A DNA stretch of 44,882 nucleotides from a virus (lineage: Duplodnaviria > Heunggongvirae > Uroviricota > Caudoviricetes). Shown here piece by piece: positions 1-9,089 of the stretch; positions within the stretch are counted from its first letter, which is position 1; each line of letters opens with the position of its first letter. The translations under genes were made by a program, and so were the position numbers. The stretch covers positions 1-44,882 of the IMG/VR virus record IMGVR_UViG_2872678658_000005; one strand, 5' to 3'. The notes beneath the pieces are model-generated. The model searched no databases and was not told the DNA's origin. It worked only from the letters and a program-made list of their open reading frames with translations.

Positions 1-1254
1 ATGCTGGAACAAATGGGCATTGCCGCGAAGCAAGCCTCTTATAAATTAGCGCAACTCTCCAGCCGCGAAAAAAATCGCGTGCTGGAAAAAATCGCCGATG
101 AACTGGAAGCACAAAGCGAAATCATCCTCAACGCTAACGCCCAGGATGTTGCTGACGCGCGTGCCAATGGCCTTAGCGAAGCGATGCTTGACCGTCTGGC
201 ACTGACGCCCGCACGGCTGAAAGGCATTGCCGACGATGTGCGCCAGGTGTGCAATCTCGCCGATCCGGTGGGGCGGGTAATCGATGGCGGCGTACTGGAC
301 AGTGGCCTGCGTCTGGAGCGTCGTCGCGTACCGCTGGGGGTTATTGGCGTGATTTATGAAGCGCGCCCGAACGTGACGGTTGATGTCGCTTCGCTGTGCC
401 TGAAAACAGGTAACGCAGTGATCCTGCGCGGCGGCAAAGAAACGTGTCGCACTAACGCGGCAACGGTGGCAGTGATTCAGGACGCCCTGAAATCCTGTGG
501 CTTACCGGCGGGTGCCGTGCAGGCGATTGATAATCCTGACCGTGCGCTGGTCAGTGAAATGCTGCGTATGGATAAATACATCGACATGCTGATCCCGCGC
601 GGCGGGGCTGGTTTGCATAAACTGTGCCGCGAACAGTCGACAATTCCGGTGATCACTGGTGGTATAGGCGTATGCCATATTTACGTTGATGAAAGCGCAG
701 AGATCGCTGAAGCATTAAAAGTGATCGTCAACGCGAAAACTCAGCGACCGAGCACATGTAATACGGTAGAAACGTTGCTGGTAAATAAAAACATCGCAGA
801 TAGCTTCCTGCCCGCATTAAGCAAGCAAATGGCGGAAAGTGGCGTGACGTTACACGCAGATGCTGCTGCGCTGGCGCAGTTGCAGGCAGGCCCCGCGAAG
901 GTGGTGGCTGTTAAAGCCGAAGAGTATGACGATGAGTTCCTGTCATTAGACTTGAACGTCAAAATTGTCAGCGATCTTGACGATGCTATCGCCCATATTC
1001 GTGAACACGGCACGCAACACTCCGATGCGATCCTGACCCGCGATATGCGCAACGCCCAGCGTTTTGTTAATGAAGTAGATTCATCCGCTGTTTACGTTAA
1101 CGCCTCTACGCGTTTTACCGACGGCGGCCAGTTTGGACTGGGCGCGGAAGTGGCGGTAAGCACACAAAAACTCCACGCGCGTGGCCCGATGGGCCTGGAA
1201 GCACTGACCACTTACAAGTGGATCGGCATCGGTGATTACACCATTCGTGCGTAA
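1..1254 (+). CDS. proA: gamma-glutamyl phosphate reductase (complete, 417 aa)
   Basis: Full-length ORF from the first base of the window; translation recognised as E. coli ProA (aldehyde dehydrogenase fold); TAA stop at 1252-1254. Confidence 0.95.
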   Translation: MLEQMGIAAKQASYKLAQLSSREKNRVLEKIADELEAQSEIILNANAQDVADARANGLSEAMLDRLALTPARLKGIADDVRQVCNLADPVGRVIDGGVLDSGLRLERRRVPLGVIGVIYEARPNVTVDVASLCLKTGNAVILRGGKETCRTNAATVAVIQDALKSCGLPAGAVQAIDNPDRALVSEMLRMDKYIDMLIPRGGAGLHKLCREQSTIPVITGGIGVCHIYVDESAEIAEALKVIVNAKTQRPSTCNTVETLLVNKNIADSFLPALSKQMAESGVTLHADAAALAQLQAGPAKVVAVKAEEYDDEFLSLDLNVKIVSDLDDAIAHIREHGTQHSDAILTRDMRNAQRFVNEVDSSAVYVNASTRFTDGGQFGLGAEVAVSTQKLHARGPMGLEALTTYKWIGIGDYTIRA

Positions 1255-1368
1255 ATAAAACCGGGTGATGCAAAAGTAGCCATTTGATTCACAAGGCCAT
1301 TGACGCATCGCCCGGTTAGTTTTAACCTTGTCCACCGTGATTCACGTTCGTGAACATGTCCTTTCAGG

Positions 1369-1444
1369 GCCGATATAGCTCAGTTGGTAGAGCAGCGCAT
1401 TCGTAATGCGAAGGTCGTAGGTTCGACTCCTATTATCGGCACCA
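1369..1444 (+). tRNA. thrW: tRNA-Thr (anticodon CGU), phage attachment target
   Basis: 76-nt sequence GCCGATATAGCTCAGTTGGTAGAGCAGCGCATTCGTAATGCG...TATCGGCACCA with a 7-bp acceptor stem and CCA end; CGT anticodon in the anticodon loop; sits immediately downstream of proA as in E. coli. Confidence 0.9.
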
Positions 1445-1461
1445 TTTAAATCAATAAGTTA
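1399..1461 (+). repeat. attL core (3' 46 nt of thrW plus about 17 nt downstream)
   Basis: Exact 63-bp direct repeat of the segment at about 43625-43687 (ATTCGTAATGCGAAGGTCGTAGGTTCGACTCCTATTATCGGCACCATTTAAATCAATAAGTTA). Confidence 0.8.
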
Positions 1462-2622
1462 CACATCATTAGTACCTTCCTTATTTTTTGACTGGGACAA
1501 ATTTGGGACCGATGGGTTCAGGATCGAGTCTATTTGCCGTGCGTGTTCGGTAAGGTGATTAGGTGCAAGGTGAGCATATCGACGAACCATTTCGATAGAC
1601 TCCCAGCCTCCCATTTCCTGTAACACTGACAACGGGACTCCGGCTTGAACCAGCCAACTTGCCCAGGTGTGTCTCAAGTCGTGAAATCTGAAATCATCAA
1701 TACCAGCCCGTCTCAGCGCCGCTTTCCAGGCTGTGTTTGCGTCATACCGCATCTTCCTTACTGTTGGCGCTTTCGTTCCGTCTGGTTTGGTACAGCTTTC
1801 CTTGTACACAAATACCCAACGGTGATGATTCCCGATTTGTTTTTTCAAAACGCGACATGCAGTATCATTCAGCGCAACGCCAATTGCGCGGTTTGATTTA
1901 CTCTCTTCCGGGTTTATCCATGCCACCCGGCGCTGCATGTCTATTTGTTGCCATTCAAGGTTGATGATGTTCGAGCGTCTTAAGCCTGTTGCCAGTGCAA
2001 ATTCAACAACAGACTTTAATGGCTCCGGACATTCATCAATCAGCCTTTGTGCTTCATGGGGCTCCAGCCAGCGGATCCGTTTATTCTTTGGTTGAGGCAC
2101 TTTAATAATTGGTGCCTTATCCAGCATTTTCCATTCACGCTCTGCGGCTCTTAGTAGGGCCTTTATAAATGAAAGATGCGTAGCCTTCGTTGCAACGGAC
2201 GCTGGTTTTGGCGTGTATTCTGGAACAGGTTTCCCTTTTTTTCTGCATGCTTCTGCCCTGAGTCTCCAGTTTTCCTCATGACGCCGGTTCGTCATTTTCT
2301 GCATTGCTGAATAAATTTTTGATTCAGTAATGTCTCTTAGTTGCATTCCTGCGAAATGTTGAAGCCAGAATCCGATCCGGCTTTTGTCATCGTCCAGTGA
2401 TTTTTTATGTGCTTTCTCTTCAAGCCACCTGACACACGCTTCCTCGAACGTTATATCAGGTATTTCACCAAGTTTGCTGACCCGCCATGCTTCAGCCTTT
2501 AGCTTGTCATGGAGTTCTGTCGCCTGCCTTTTGTCCTTTGTTCCAAGAGACTGTTTAAATCTTTTACCGTTCGGCAATGTGAAACTGGCGTACCATATTT
2601 CACCTCTGCGGAAGAGTGACAT
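1459..2622 (-). CDS. int: tyrosine integrase (P22-type, 387 aa)
   Basis: ORF translation [24 protein letters not shown]... with C-terminal HDLRHTWAS...RYAHLAP catalytic region; adjacent to attL at the tRNA-Thr site that P22-like integrases use. Confidence 0.9.
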   Translation of the reverse strand: MSLFRRGEIWYASFTLPNGKRFKQSLGTKDKRQATELHDKLKAEAWRVSKLGEIPDITFEEACVRWLEEKAHKKSLDDDKSRIGFWLQHFAGMQLRDITESKIYSAMQKMTNRRHEENWRLRAEACRKKGKPVPEYTPKPASVATKATHLSFIKALLRAAEREWKMLDKAPIIKVPQPKNKRIRWLEPHEAQRLIDECPEPLKSVVEFALATGLRRSNIINLEWQQIDMQRRVAWINPEESKSNRAIGVALNDTACRVLKKQIGNHHRWVFVYKESCTKPDGTKAPTVRKMRYDANTAWKAALRRAGIDDFRFHDLRHTWASWLVQAGVPLSVLQEMGGWESIEMVRRYAHLAPNHLTEHARQIDSILNPSVPNLSQSKNKEGTNDV

Positions 2623-2849
2623 TTTCTTTCCTCTGTTATGCCATCACCCGCGCTCACCTGGACAGTATGCAGCGGAGACTGAAGAGCCGCAATGCAGGCT
2701 TGTCGTGTTGTGAGGTAAGGAGATTTATTCTTAGTGGGATCTTTGCGTGTTGCCTGAAGACGCCCTGTGCGTATCCAGTTAATGGCAGTCGGTCTGGATA
2801 TCTTGAGAAAATGACAGGCCTCATCGAGTGTGAGGCTGTATGGCTCCAT
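2499..2849 (-). CDS. xis: excisionase (116 aa)
   Basis: Internal ATG of ORF 2499..2933 giving [31 protein letters not shown] (Xis-type HTH); start overlaps the stop of the upstream gene (TAATG); 3' end overlaps the int start as in P22-like int-xis pairs. Confidence 0.8.
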   Translation of the reverse strand: MEPYSLTLDEACHFLKISRPTAINWIRTGRLQATRKDPTKNKSPYLTTRQACIAALQSPLHTVQVSAGDGITEERKCHSSAEVKYGTPVSHCRTVKDLNSLLEQRTKGRRQNSMTS

Positions 2850-3154
2850 TATTTCACCTCTTGCTGTGACATTGTTGAAAAATGGATACCAGCTCGTTGC
2901 TGCCAGACGATCCAACCGAGAGTCATATCCCATGCCATGTATTCGTTATTGCCGTTTTTTGCTCTCCGACGATCTACTAAGTCACCGAAACGCTTTTCCA
3001 TGAATAATTCATAAGCTTCGCGTTCATCTGGTTCTACTTCCAGAGATAGGAGTGCGATTTCATAAGCACGGCGCTCAATATCGTCTCGCACGTCAAGGCT
3101 GCTGATACGCTCTTTAATTTCTTTAATCAGTTCTTTGTCGGTAAAAGTGGTCAT
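2849..3154 (-). CDS. hypothetical early protein (YfdT-like, 101 aa)
   Basis: ORF with start/stop overlaps to both neighbours (TAATG coupling); size and position match the last gene of the CPS-53 yfdPQRST cluster. Confidence 0.6.
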   Translation of the reverse strand: MTTFTDKELIKEIKERISSLDVRDDIERRAYEIALLSLEVEPDEREAYELFMEKRFGDLVDRRRAKNGNNEYMAWDMTLGWIVWQQRAGIHFSTMSQQEVK

Positions 3155-3516
3155 TATGCTCCAGCCTCCGGTGCTTTTGGCATTACTGCCCAGTGAGTGA
3201 TATTGACGTTTTCAAGGTCCCCGACCTGAAATGTCCACTGCCATTCTCCGGTTTCTTTTTGTCCCCAGGTGTACCAGAGAGAACGCCAACCAATTAGCCA
3301 GCCTTCTCCGTTAGCATCGAATAACAAAACACTTTCATTTGCTGGTGGCAGTTCAGTTGACACTGGTATTACTTTGTTTTCCTGTGCTGCACATTTAGCT
3401 TCAAGCGCATCGAATTTACGCACCAGGTATTCAGCATCTGTTTCATTTACTTTCAGATCTCGCGGTACACATCTCCCACGAAGAAACCCTTCCATTTCGA
3501 AAACATTCATGCGCAT
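3154..3516 (-). CDS. DUF551 protein (YfdS-like, 120 aa)
   Basis: Translation MRMNVFEMEGFLRGRCVPRDL...WLIGWRSLWYTWGQKETGEWQW, typical of prophage DUF551 proteins. Confidence 0.7.
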   Translation of the reverse strand: MRMNVFEMEGFLRGRCVPRDLKVNETDAEYLVRKFDALEAKCAAQENKVIPVSTELPPANESVLLFDANGEGWLIGWRSLWYTWGQKETGEWQWTFQVGDLENVNITHWAVMPKAPEAGA

Positions 3517-4043
3517 TTGCGTAACTCCGATAACTCGTTAAAGCGTTCCATAAACATCCCGTAGGCATGGCCCGGTGCCAGTGGAATCACGTTGAACATC
3601 TCTGTTGCCGGGATACCTTCCAGTACAGGCCAGAAAGAGCCATCATCAAGCCCGAGATCGCGGCGTTCGGTTGCCAGCATGATGAGATCGGCATATTTCA
3701 CGGGCGTACTCATAACTGGGGGTAATCCGTATTTCTCACGGATTACGGAGTCTATTTTTTCTTCCATTTGTTTATAGTCAGGAAGAAGGCGTTTCAGTGG
3801 TGCGGGAATGTCCTGGCAATACGCTTCTGTTGCATCATGCATTAACGCTTCAAAAGCAAATTTCTGCGGCACCAGCTGGCTGCAAAGAACCGCATGTTGG
3901 GCGACGCTGTAGAAGTGCGAAAGATGACCGGCAAAGCGACAGATATTTGAAAGGGAAACCGCGATATCGTTAATATCGATGTCGTCTTTATTTATCCTGT
4001 CATAATAAAAATGCTTCCCGGAAAAAGTTTTAATAAATGACAT
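3507..4043 (-). CDS. HD-domain phosphohydrolase (YfdR-like, 178 aa)
   Basis: Start taken at MSFIKTF (GGAG 6 nt upstream); H...HD metal-binding motif (SHFYSVAQHAV...LMHDATEAY). Confidence 0.75.
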   Translation of the reverse strand: MSFIKTFSGKHFYYDRINKDDIDINDIAVSLSNICRFAGHLSHFYSVAQHAVLCSQLVPQKFAFEALMHDATEAYCQDIPAPLKRLLPDYKQMEEKIDSVIREKYGLPPVMSTPVKYADLIMLATERRDLGLDDGSFWPVLEGIPATEMFNVIPLAPGHAYGMFMERFNELSELRKCA

Positions 4044-4170
4044 TTTGTTCTCCACGTATATGCGCTGCACCGCGCTGAATTCTGGTAAAAAGAATCCCTC
4101 ACCATCCGGCGATTATTGAGTAAATTACGTTTCCATAAATGCCCCCGCAGGGGCATTTGCAGTAATGAAA

Positions 4171-4995
4171 TCAGGCGGTGAAAGTACCAATAAAGGTTTC
4201 TACTTTGCTGTCCTTGAATTTCTCAACAAGCAGATCACGAAATTCGTTAGCCATTTCTTCCTGCACCGCCTCCAGCTGAATAATGCGCAGAACCAGTACC
4301 GGACGATCGCCAGTGATAATGCTGAGGCGTAATTTAAACGGACGTTCTTTCAGACCTTCAAACGGAATGCATTTAAATTCAAATGCCACTGGCATAATGT
4401 CTTTGGTCTTCGCTTCGACAGACTCCATCAGGGAGCGTTTGCCGCTGAAGTCATTATCTTCAAAATCAGCGGTCTGGTTTGCTTCAATCGTGATTTTACG
4501 GACCGCCGCAGCCGCTTTTGTTGCCTGAATGGTGTCACCATTAGCATCAAAGCCCACAAGGTAGTCGGCCCAGTCTTCAATCCATTCTGCCAGTGATTTC
4601 TGGGAGTTACGCTCGCCATTAACAGACAACAGAGCAGAGAACGGTGCTGTCTTTTTCAGTTTGAGAGTGGCGGTGTTATCTGCGTGACCTGGTTCATCAA
4701 TAGTACCCAGGTTAAGCACACTGACGGCACGCATATTATCAGCATCGATAAAGCAGCGGGTGCCTTCATCTGCAAGATCTTTAGAATAACGGGTAAAGTC
4801 ATCGATGCTGGCAGTGGAAAGCGCACCACGGAAACGGAAGCGATTTAAATTAAATTTTTCCAGATCATGAATGCGGAAATTCTCAGGCAATGCCACAGCA
4901 TCGGCACCAATCTTACTGATAATTTCATTAACACCCTGAGCAGAAATAAGGGCATGGATTTGATTAATTGCGGTTGCGTCTAAGTTCTGAGACAT
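4171..4995 (-). CDS. DUF2303 protein (YfdQ-like, 274 aa)
   Basis: Translation [28 protein letters not shown]...; GAGGA Shine-Dalgarno upstream of the ATG. Confidence 0.75.
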   Translation of the reverse strand: MSQNLDATAINQIHALISAQGVNEIISKIGADAVALPENFRIHDLEKFNLNRFRFRGALSTASIDDFTRYSKDLADEGTRCFIDADNMRAVSVLNLGTIDEPGHADNTATLKLKKTAPFSALLSVNGERNSQKSLAEWIEDWADYLVGFDANGDTIQATKAAAAVRKITIEANQTADFEDNDFSGKRSLMESVEAKTKDIMPVAFEFKCIPFEGLKERPFKLRLSIITGDRPVLVLRIIQLEAVQEEMANEFRDLLVEKFKDSKVETFIGTFTA

Positions 4996-5060
4996 AATAA
5001 GTCCTCACTATATAAAGATATTCAGTGATGAGATAAATAATCAGTTAATTAAGAACGATA

Positions 5061-5423
5061 TTAATGACCTGCTGCGCGGAGTTTTCCGTCAGGTTCACCG
5101 GCAAGAGTCAGTAATTGTCCCTGGTCTTCCTGCAGAATAGTCAGGCGACCACCGCGATTGACATACATCGGCGTTTCGGTGGTGTCTTCTTCGGAAATTT
5201 TCCCGCGGTTAGTCGGGCGAACATATGAGAGTTTGTGTTTGATTTTCACACGGTTCTCATCAAACGGTTCGATTTCCAGGTTGAGCGAGACCTTACCTTT
5301 GGTTTTCGTGTTCATCACACCGGAAGCGACTTCACTGAGAACTGCGCCGATTTTGGTTTCAAATACGCCGCCGTCCAGCTCCCCGATAAATGCCTGCACA
5401 TCAGTACTGCGTTCGCTAGCCAT
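5061..5423 (-). CDS. hypothetical early protein (YfdP-like, about 120 aa)
   Basis: Start placed at MASERSTDVQAFIGELDGG (GGGGAG upstream); the longer 197-aa reading has a low-complexity, non-protein-like N-terminus. Confidence 0.55.
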   Translation of the reverse strand: MASERSTDVQAFIGELDGGVFETKIGAVLSEVASGVMNTKTKGKVSLNLEIEPFDENRVKIKHKLSYVRPTNRGKISEEDTTETPMYVNRGGRLTILQEDQGQLLTLAGEPDGKLRAAGH

Positions 5424-6031
5424 TTTGCTGCTCCCCATCATATCGACCCTGCAAGGTCGGTTGGTTTCTCCACAAAACAGAGAAGAACACCTGCGGTGAC
5501 TGCCGCCCGGATGGATTGGGTTATGAGCCCGTCGTCCGGTGATGCTCTTCTCTGTTTTGTAAAAAGAGCGGTACCAGCCGGAAGCAAGGGTACAAACTGG
5601 TACCGCCAAAGCAGTGGCTGTTGTGGTGGGGTTGTCACTCAGGCGTATGGTCAACCTGACAATCCGGTGTCCTCAACGGGGAAAGAGTAACCCCGCCATA
5701 CTTACCGCCGCGCCATTTCGCGGATTACCACAACGCTGAGAGCACTTAGCCAGTTACGGCACCACACTTTGTCGCGGCTCCATAAATGCCCTCATCGTTG
5801 CACCCTGGTCTCTTCCCAGGCGTCAAACCGAATCGCCACGCTGGTTAGGCGTCTTATCAGCATCATCATTGACTTGCACATTCCGGCTACCTGGTTTGTT
5901 TGCCCGAGCAAGGAGTGGATTGTCCCCTTTAACGTCCCCAGACCGCTAACGACGCATGTGCCATACGCCGTGTTACAACCAAATTTTGTTAGTACCTTGT
6001 TTGTTTGTCTGGAAAGAAAGATAAAATGAAG

Positions 6032-6070
6032 TTGCGCATTATGCAAGTGTTTTTGTTGCGAGATATGCAA
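6032..6070. promoter_or_regulatory. putative OL-like operator pair (TTGCG-N5-xGCAA)
   Basis: Two 15-bp sites, TTGCGCATTATGCAA and TTGCGAGATATGCAA, each with inverted TTGC/GCAA half-sites, downstream of cI; a third copy lies in the cI-cro intergenic region. Confidence 0.35.
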
Positions 6071-6079
6071 TTTAAAGGG

Positions 6080-6105
6080 TAATGAAAAGCCACCTTTGGG
6101 TGGCT
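6080..6105 (-). terminator. intrinsic terminator after cI
   Basis: 7-bp stem AGCCACC/GGTGGCT with TTTG loop; on the minus strand it is followed by TTTTCATT, 20 nt after the cI stop. Confidence 0.5.
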
Positions 6106-6125
6106 AATTGATGAGGAGGTAAGGG

Positions 6126-6818
6126 TTAATTGTGTCGCTTAAGGGTTTGTGACTGGCTGATTAAGACCTTTCCAAAGACCATAAACCGGTGTTCATTTTC
6201 GCTGGTAATTCCCCATTCACGGTAAATCTGGTTATCAGAAATCACCAGTAGTTTGTCAGGTATCATTTGCAGTCGTTTGACATAAATTTTATCATCAAAA
6301 CCAAAGACATAGATACCATCTCCATCAAACTGATTGATACTGACATCAACGAAGATGAGATCTCCTGGCTCAATGGTTGGACACATACTGTCCCCACGAA
6401 CGTTGATAACTTTAATGTGATTGGCTGGCCGTCCGCCAAACATCGATACAGCATTATCAGTTCTGTATTCAATGGCATGAATCACATCAATGACATCACC
6501 GCCCTGGATAAGGCCATTTCCCGCACTGGCACTGACATCCAGCATTTCAATACGGAATACATCCTTCACCTGCGCAACATCCTCACTAATACTGTTTTTA
6601 CATACAGTATTACTTTTGAAGTCTGAGGTAAAGAGATCAGCAATATCAACACCTAAGCTCCTGGCAATATTACTCAGGGCTTGTTCAGTGAATTGTTTCT
6701 GCTTACCTGTTTCCAGGCGTGAGATATTCGCCGCATCCACTCCTATTGCTTCAGCGAGATCGGCGATTTTCATGTTCTTCGCCTGGCGAAGTTGTCTGAC
6801 TCGGTTTCCTATGTTCAT
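6126..6818 (-). CDS. CI-like repressor (HTH plus S24 LexA-like peptidase domain, 230 aa)
   Basis: N-terminal XRE-type HTH (KIADLAEAIGVDAANISRLETGK); C-terminal domain with the GDSM serine motif and a downstream lysine typical of autocleaving repressors; divergent from cro. Confidence 0.85.
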   Translation of the reverse strand: MNIGNRVRQLRQAKNMKIADLAEAIGVDAANISRLETGKQKQFTEQALSNIARSLGVDIADLFTSDFKSNTVCKNSISEDVAQVKDVFRIEMLDVSASAGNGLIQGGDVIDVIHAIEYRTDNAVSMFGGRPANHIKVINVRGDSMCPTIEPGDLIFVDVSINQFDGDGIYVFGFDDKIYVKRLQMIPDKLLVISDNQIYREWGITSENEHRFMVFGKVLISQSQTLKRHN

Positions 6819-6838
6819 GCGTTTATTACATTTCTTTA

Positions 6839-6900
6839 TTGCGCGTTAAGCAAATCAACTTGCGCAAAATATTTGCGTGAAATAATATGCTCATCACGCA
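6839..6900. promoter_or_regulatory. OR / PRM-PR region
   Basis: 97-bp divergent intergenic region with operator-like TTGCGCGTTAAGCAA, palindromic TTGCGCAA, and a candidate PR (-35 TTGCGC, 17-bp spacer, -10 TAATAT) ahead of the cro GGAGG RBS. Confidence 0.4.
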
Positions 6901-6915
6901 ATATGTGGAGGTCAT

Positions 6916-7176
6916 ATGCAATCACCATTACGGAATGTGCGTAAGGCGCACGGATTTACTTTGCAGCATGTTGCTGCTGGCGTTCAGGTCAATCCAGCGA
7001 CGCTGAGTCGTATTGAAAGACTGGAACAAATTCCATCTATCGATCTTGCAGAACGTCTGGCCAATTTTTTTAAGGGTGAAATCAGCGAAATGCAGATTCT
7101 TTATCCGGCACGTTTTCAATCTAGCCAAAACCAGAATGGGTTTAAACCACAGGAACAGGAGGTAAGCCGTGGGTAA
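6916..7176 (+). CDS. Cro-like HTH regulator (86 aa)
   Basis: Translation with XRE-type HTH (HGFTLQHVAAGVQVNPATLSRIER); GGAGG RBS; divergent from the repressor. Confidence 0.75.
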   Translation: MQSPLRNVRKAHGFTLQHVAAGVQVNPATLSRIERLEQIPSIDLAERLANFFKGEISEMQILYPARFQSSQNQNGFKPQEQEVSRG

Positions 7177-7720
7177 TCATCACTGGAAAGTGGAAAAACA
7201 GCCTGAGTGGTACGTGAAAGCTGTCAGAAAAACTATCGCGGCGTTGCCGGGGGGTTACGCTGAAGCTGCTGAGTGGCTGGATGTAACAGAGAACGCTTTA
7301 TTCAACCGCCTTCGTGCAGATGGCGATCAGATTTTCCCGCTGGGATGGGCAATGATTTTACAGCGTGCTGCTGGCACTCACTACATTGCGGATGCTGTCG
7401 CACAGTCTGCTGGTGGGGTGTTTGTATCGCTTCCTGAAATTGAGGAAGTAGAGAACGCAGATATAAACCAGCGCCTGCTGGAAGTCATCGAACAGATCGG
7501 GAGTTACTCAAAGCAGATTCGTTCGGCAATCGAAGATGGGGTAGTGGAGCCACACGAGCAGACAGCAATTAATGATGAATTGTATCTGTCAATTTCGAAG
7601 CTCCAGGAGCATGCGGCACTGGTCTACAAAATTTTCTGCGCTCCAGAAAAGAGTGACGCCCGCGAGTGTGCAGCTCCGGGCGTCGTGGCGTTTTGTGTCT
7701 GTGGAGAAACTAACGCATGA
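7169..7720 (+). CDS. CII-like / YdaT-family regulatory protein (183 aa)
   Basis: GTG start 8 nt after a strong AGGAGG; occupies the cII position after cro; family assignment is from recalled similarity, not a search. Confidence 0.55.
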   Translation: MGNHHWKVEKQPEWYVKAVRKTIAALPGGYAEAAEWLDVTENALFNRLRADGDQIFPLGWAMILQRAAGTHYIADAVAQSAGGVFVSLPEIEEVENADINQRLLEVIEQIGSYSKQIRSAIEDGVVEPHEQTAINDELYLSISKLQEHAALVYKIFCAPEKSDARECAAPGVVAFCVCGETNA

Positions 7721-8322
7721 ACAGTTTAACGGCAAATAACCGTTTGTCGCAACAGCTGGTGGTCAGTGTCGCTGCACACCTGTTGTTACGGCATGAATGC
7801 AGATTACCAAATCACCTGGCTGTAAGTAACCACAGAGAACTTTACCTGACTGTGGGGGGCGAGTTGTGCAGGAACTTAACCGCTGGTTTCGTGACGGAAG
7901 AGGACTTTATGTTCATGTTATTCGTTGGGAGCCAGAAACACAGCGCGTTATCTATCTTCGCAAAGACTACCCGCATGAGTGCTTTAGTCCTTTGTGGAAA
8001 TTCAGGCGTGATTTTGTTGAGTGTGAAGGACCACCAGCACATTGATTCTGCCATTCCGGGACGTTACACTGTTCAGGCACCTTATAAAGCGGGTGCCGGG
8101 CGTGGAAACCCGGAATTCACCAAAGCGCACAACCGCGCTCTTGCGGTTTTTTTGTGTCATGAGCAGCATTACGCCCAAATTATGGTGGGGCGTGCAGGGC
8201 CAACTTCGGTTGGGCCGGGTTCTTTGGTGACCGGTATTTCCACCCCTGTACGTCTCACCACCAATAAGGTCGTGGAAAGCCTTGGTGGTGAGTTATTAAA
8301 AATCACCAAAGAGGCTGCCATC
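7717..8322 (+). other. ambiguous 600-bp segment: open in frame with the downstream Rha gene, but contains terminator-like and hairpin structures
   Basis: ATG at 7717 overlaps the stop of the CII-like gene (ATGA) and the frame stays open for about 200 codons into Rha; the translation is not recognisable and a hairpin plus T-run lies inside at about 8131-8153. Confidence 0.25.
8131..8153 (+). terminator. candidate intrinsic terminator (tR1-like)
   Basis: AACCGC-GCTCTT-GCGGTT hairpin followed by TTTTTTT. Confidence 0.4.
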
Positions 8323-8868
8323 ATGGCTACGATCCCAACCCTCACTCAACCTGAAATTGCCATCGTTGATGGTCAGGCTGTTACTTCATCCCTGGCTGTT
8401 GCCAACTTCTTCTCCAAACGTCATGACGATGTACTGAAAAAGATCCGCACGCTTGAATGTTCCGCATCATTCACTGCCCGCAATTTTTCGGTGAGTGATT
8501 ACACCGATTGCACAGGCCGCAAACTACCTTGCTATCAAATAACCCGCGACGGCTTTGCGTTTCTTGCTATGGGTTTCACGGGTAAACGTGCTGCCCAGTT
8601 CAAAGAGGCATACATCAATGCCTTTAACCAGATGGAGAAACAGCTTTCAAAGCCCGCTGTACCGAGCGACGTTGCACATAACGCCAGCGTTCTCTGTTCC
8701 TACATTTCATCAATTCATCAGGTCTGGCTGCAGCAGCTTTATCCTATGTTGGCAAAAGCCGAATCTCCGCTGGCTGTTAGCTTATATGACTATATTAATG
8801 ATGCTTCGGCGCTGGCCTGCCTCATAAATTTGTCGCTGAACCCTTCAGAGGTAAGGGGGCGCAAATGA
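8323..8868 (+). CDS. Rha-family phage regulatory protein (181 aa)
   Basis: Internal ATG giving MATIPTLTQPEIAIVDGQAVTSSLAVANFFSKRHDDVLKKIR...ITRDGFAFLAMGFTGKRAAQFKEAYINAF, the canonical N-terminal pRha domain; AAGAGG upstream. Confidence 0.75.
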   Translation: MATIPTLTQPEIAIVDGQAVTSSLAVANFFSKRHDDVLKKIRTLECSASFTARNFSVSDYTDCTGRKLPCYQITRDGFAFLAMGFTGKRAAQFKEAYINAFNQMEKQLSKPAVPSDVAHNASVLCSYISSIHQVWLQQLYPMLAKAESPLAVSLYDYINDASALACLINLSLNPSEVRGRK

Positions 8869-9089
8869 TCCGGAATATTTTCAAACGTTTTACCAATCAG
8901 ACTTTCCGTTGTCCTCGTCCGGGTCAGTGGTACACCACGCCTGCAGGGCATGTTCTACGTGTTAGCCTGGTTGACCGTGAATGTCAGAAGGTGATTTGTG
9001 AACCGCTGGGCCGTAATTACCGCGTCAGTATGCCGCTTATAGCCTTTCGCTCCGGAAAAAACATGAAGCATCTCGGAGGTGCAGCATGA
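8865..9089 (+). CDS. hypothetical protein (74 aa)
   Basis: ORF whose start overlaps the Rha stop (ATGA); no recognisable domain. Confidence 0.5.
   Translation: MIRNIFKRFTNQTFRCPRPGQWYTTPAGHVLRVSLVDRECQKVICEPLGRNYRVSMPLIAFRSGKNMKHLGGAA

Noticed and set aside
5061-5654. Long 197-aa reading of the YfdP-like ORF
   Set aside because: The first about 77 residues are low-complexity and overlap the structured noncoding leader; a downstream ATG with a GGGGAG RBS gives a compact 120-aa protein.
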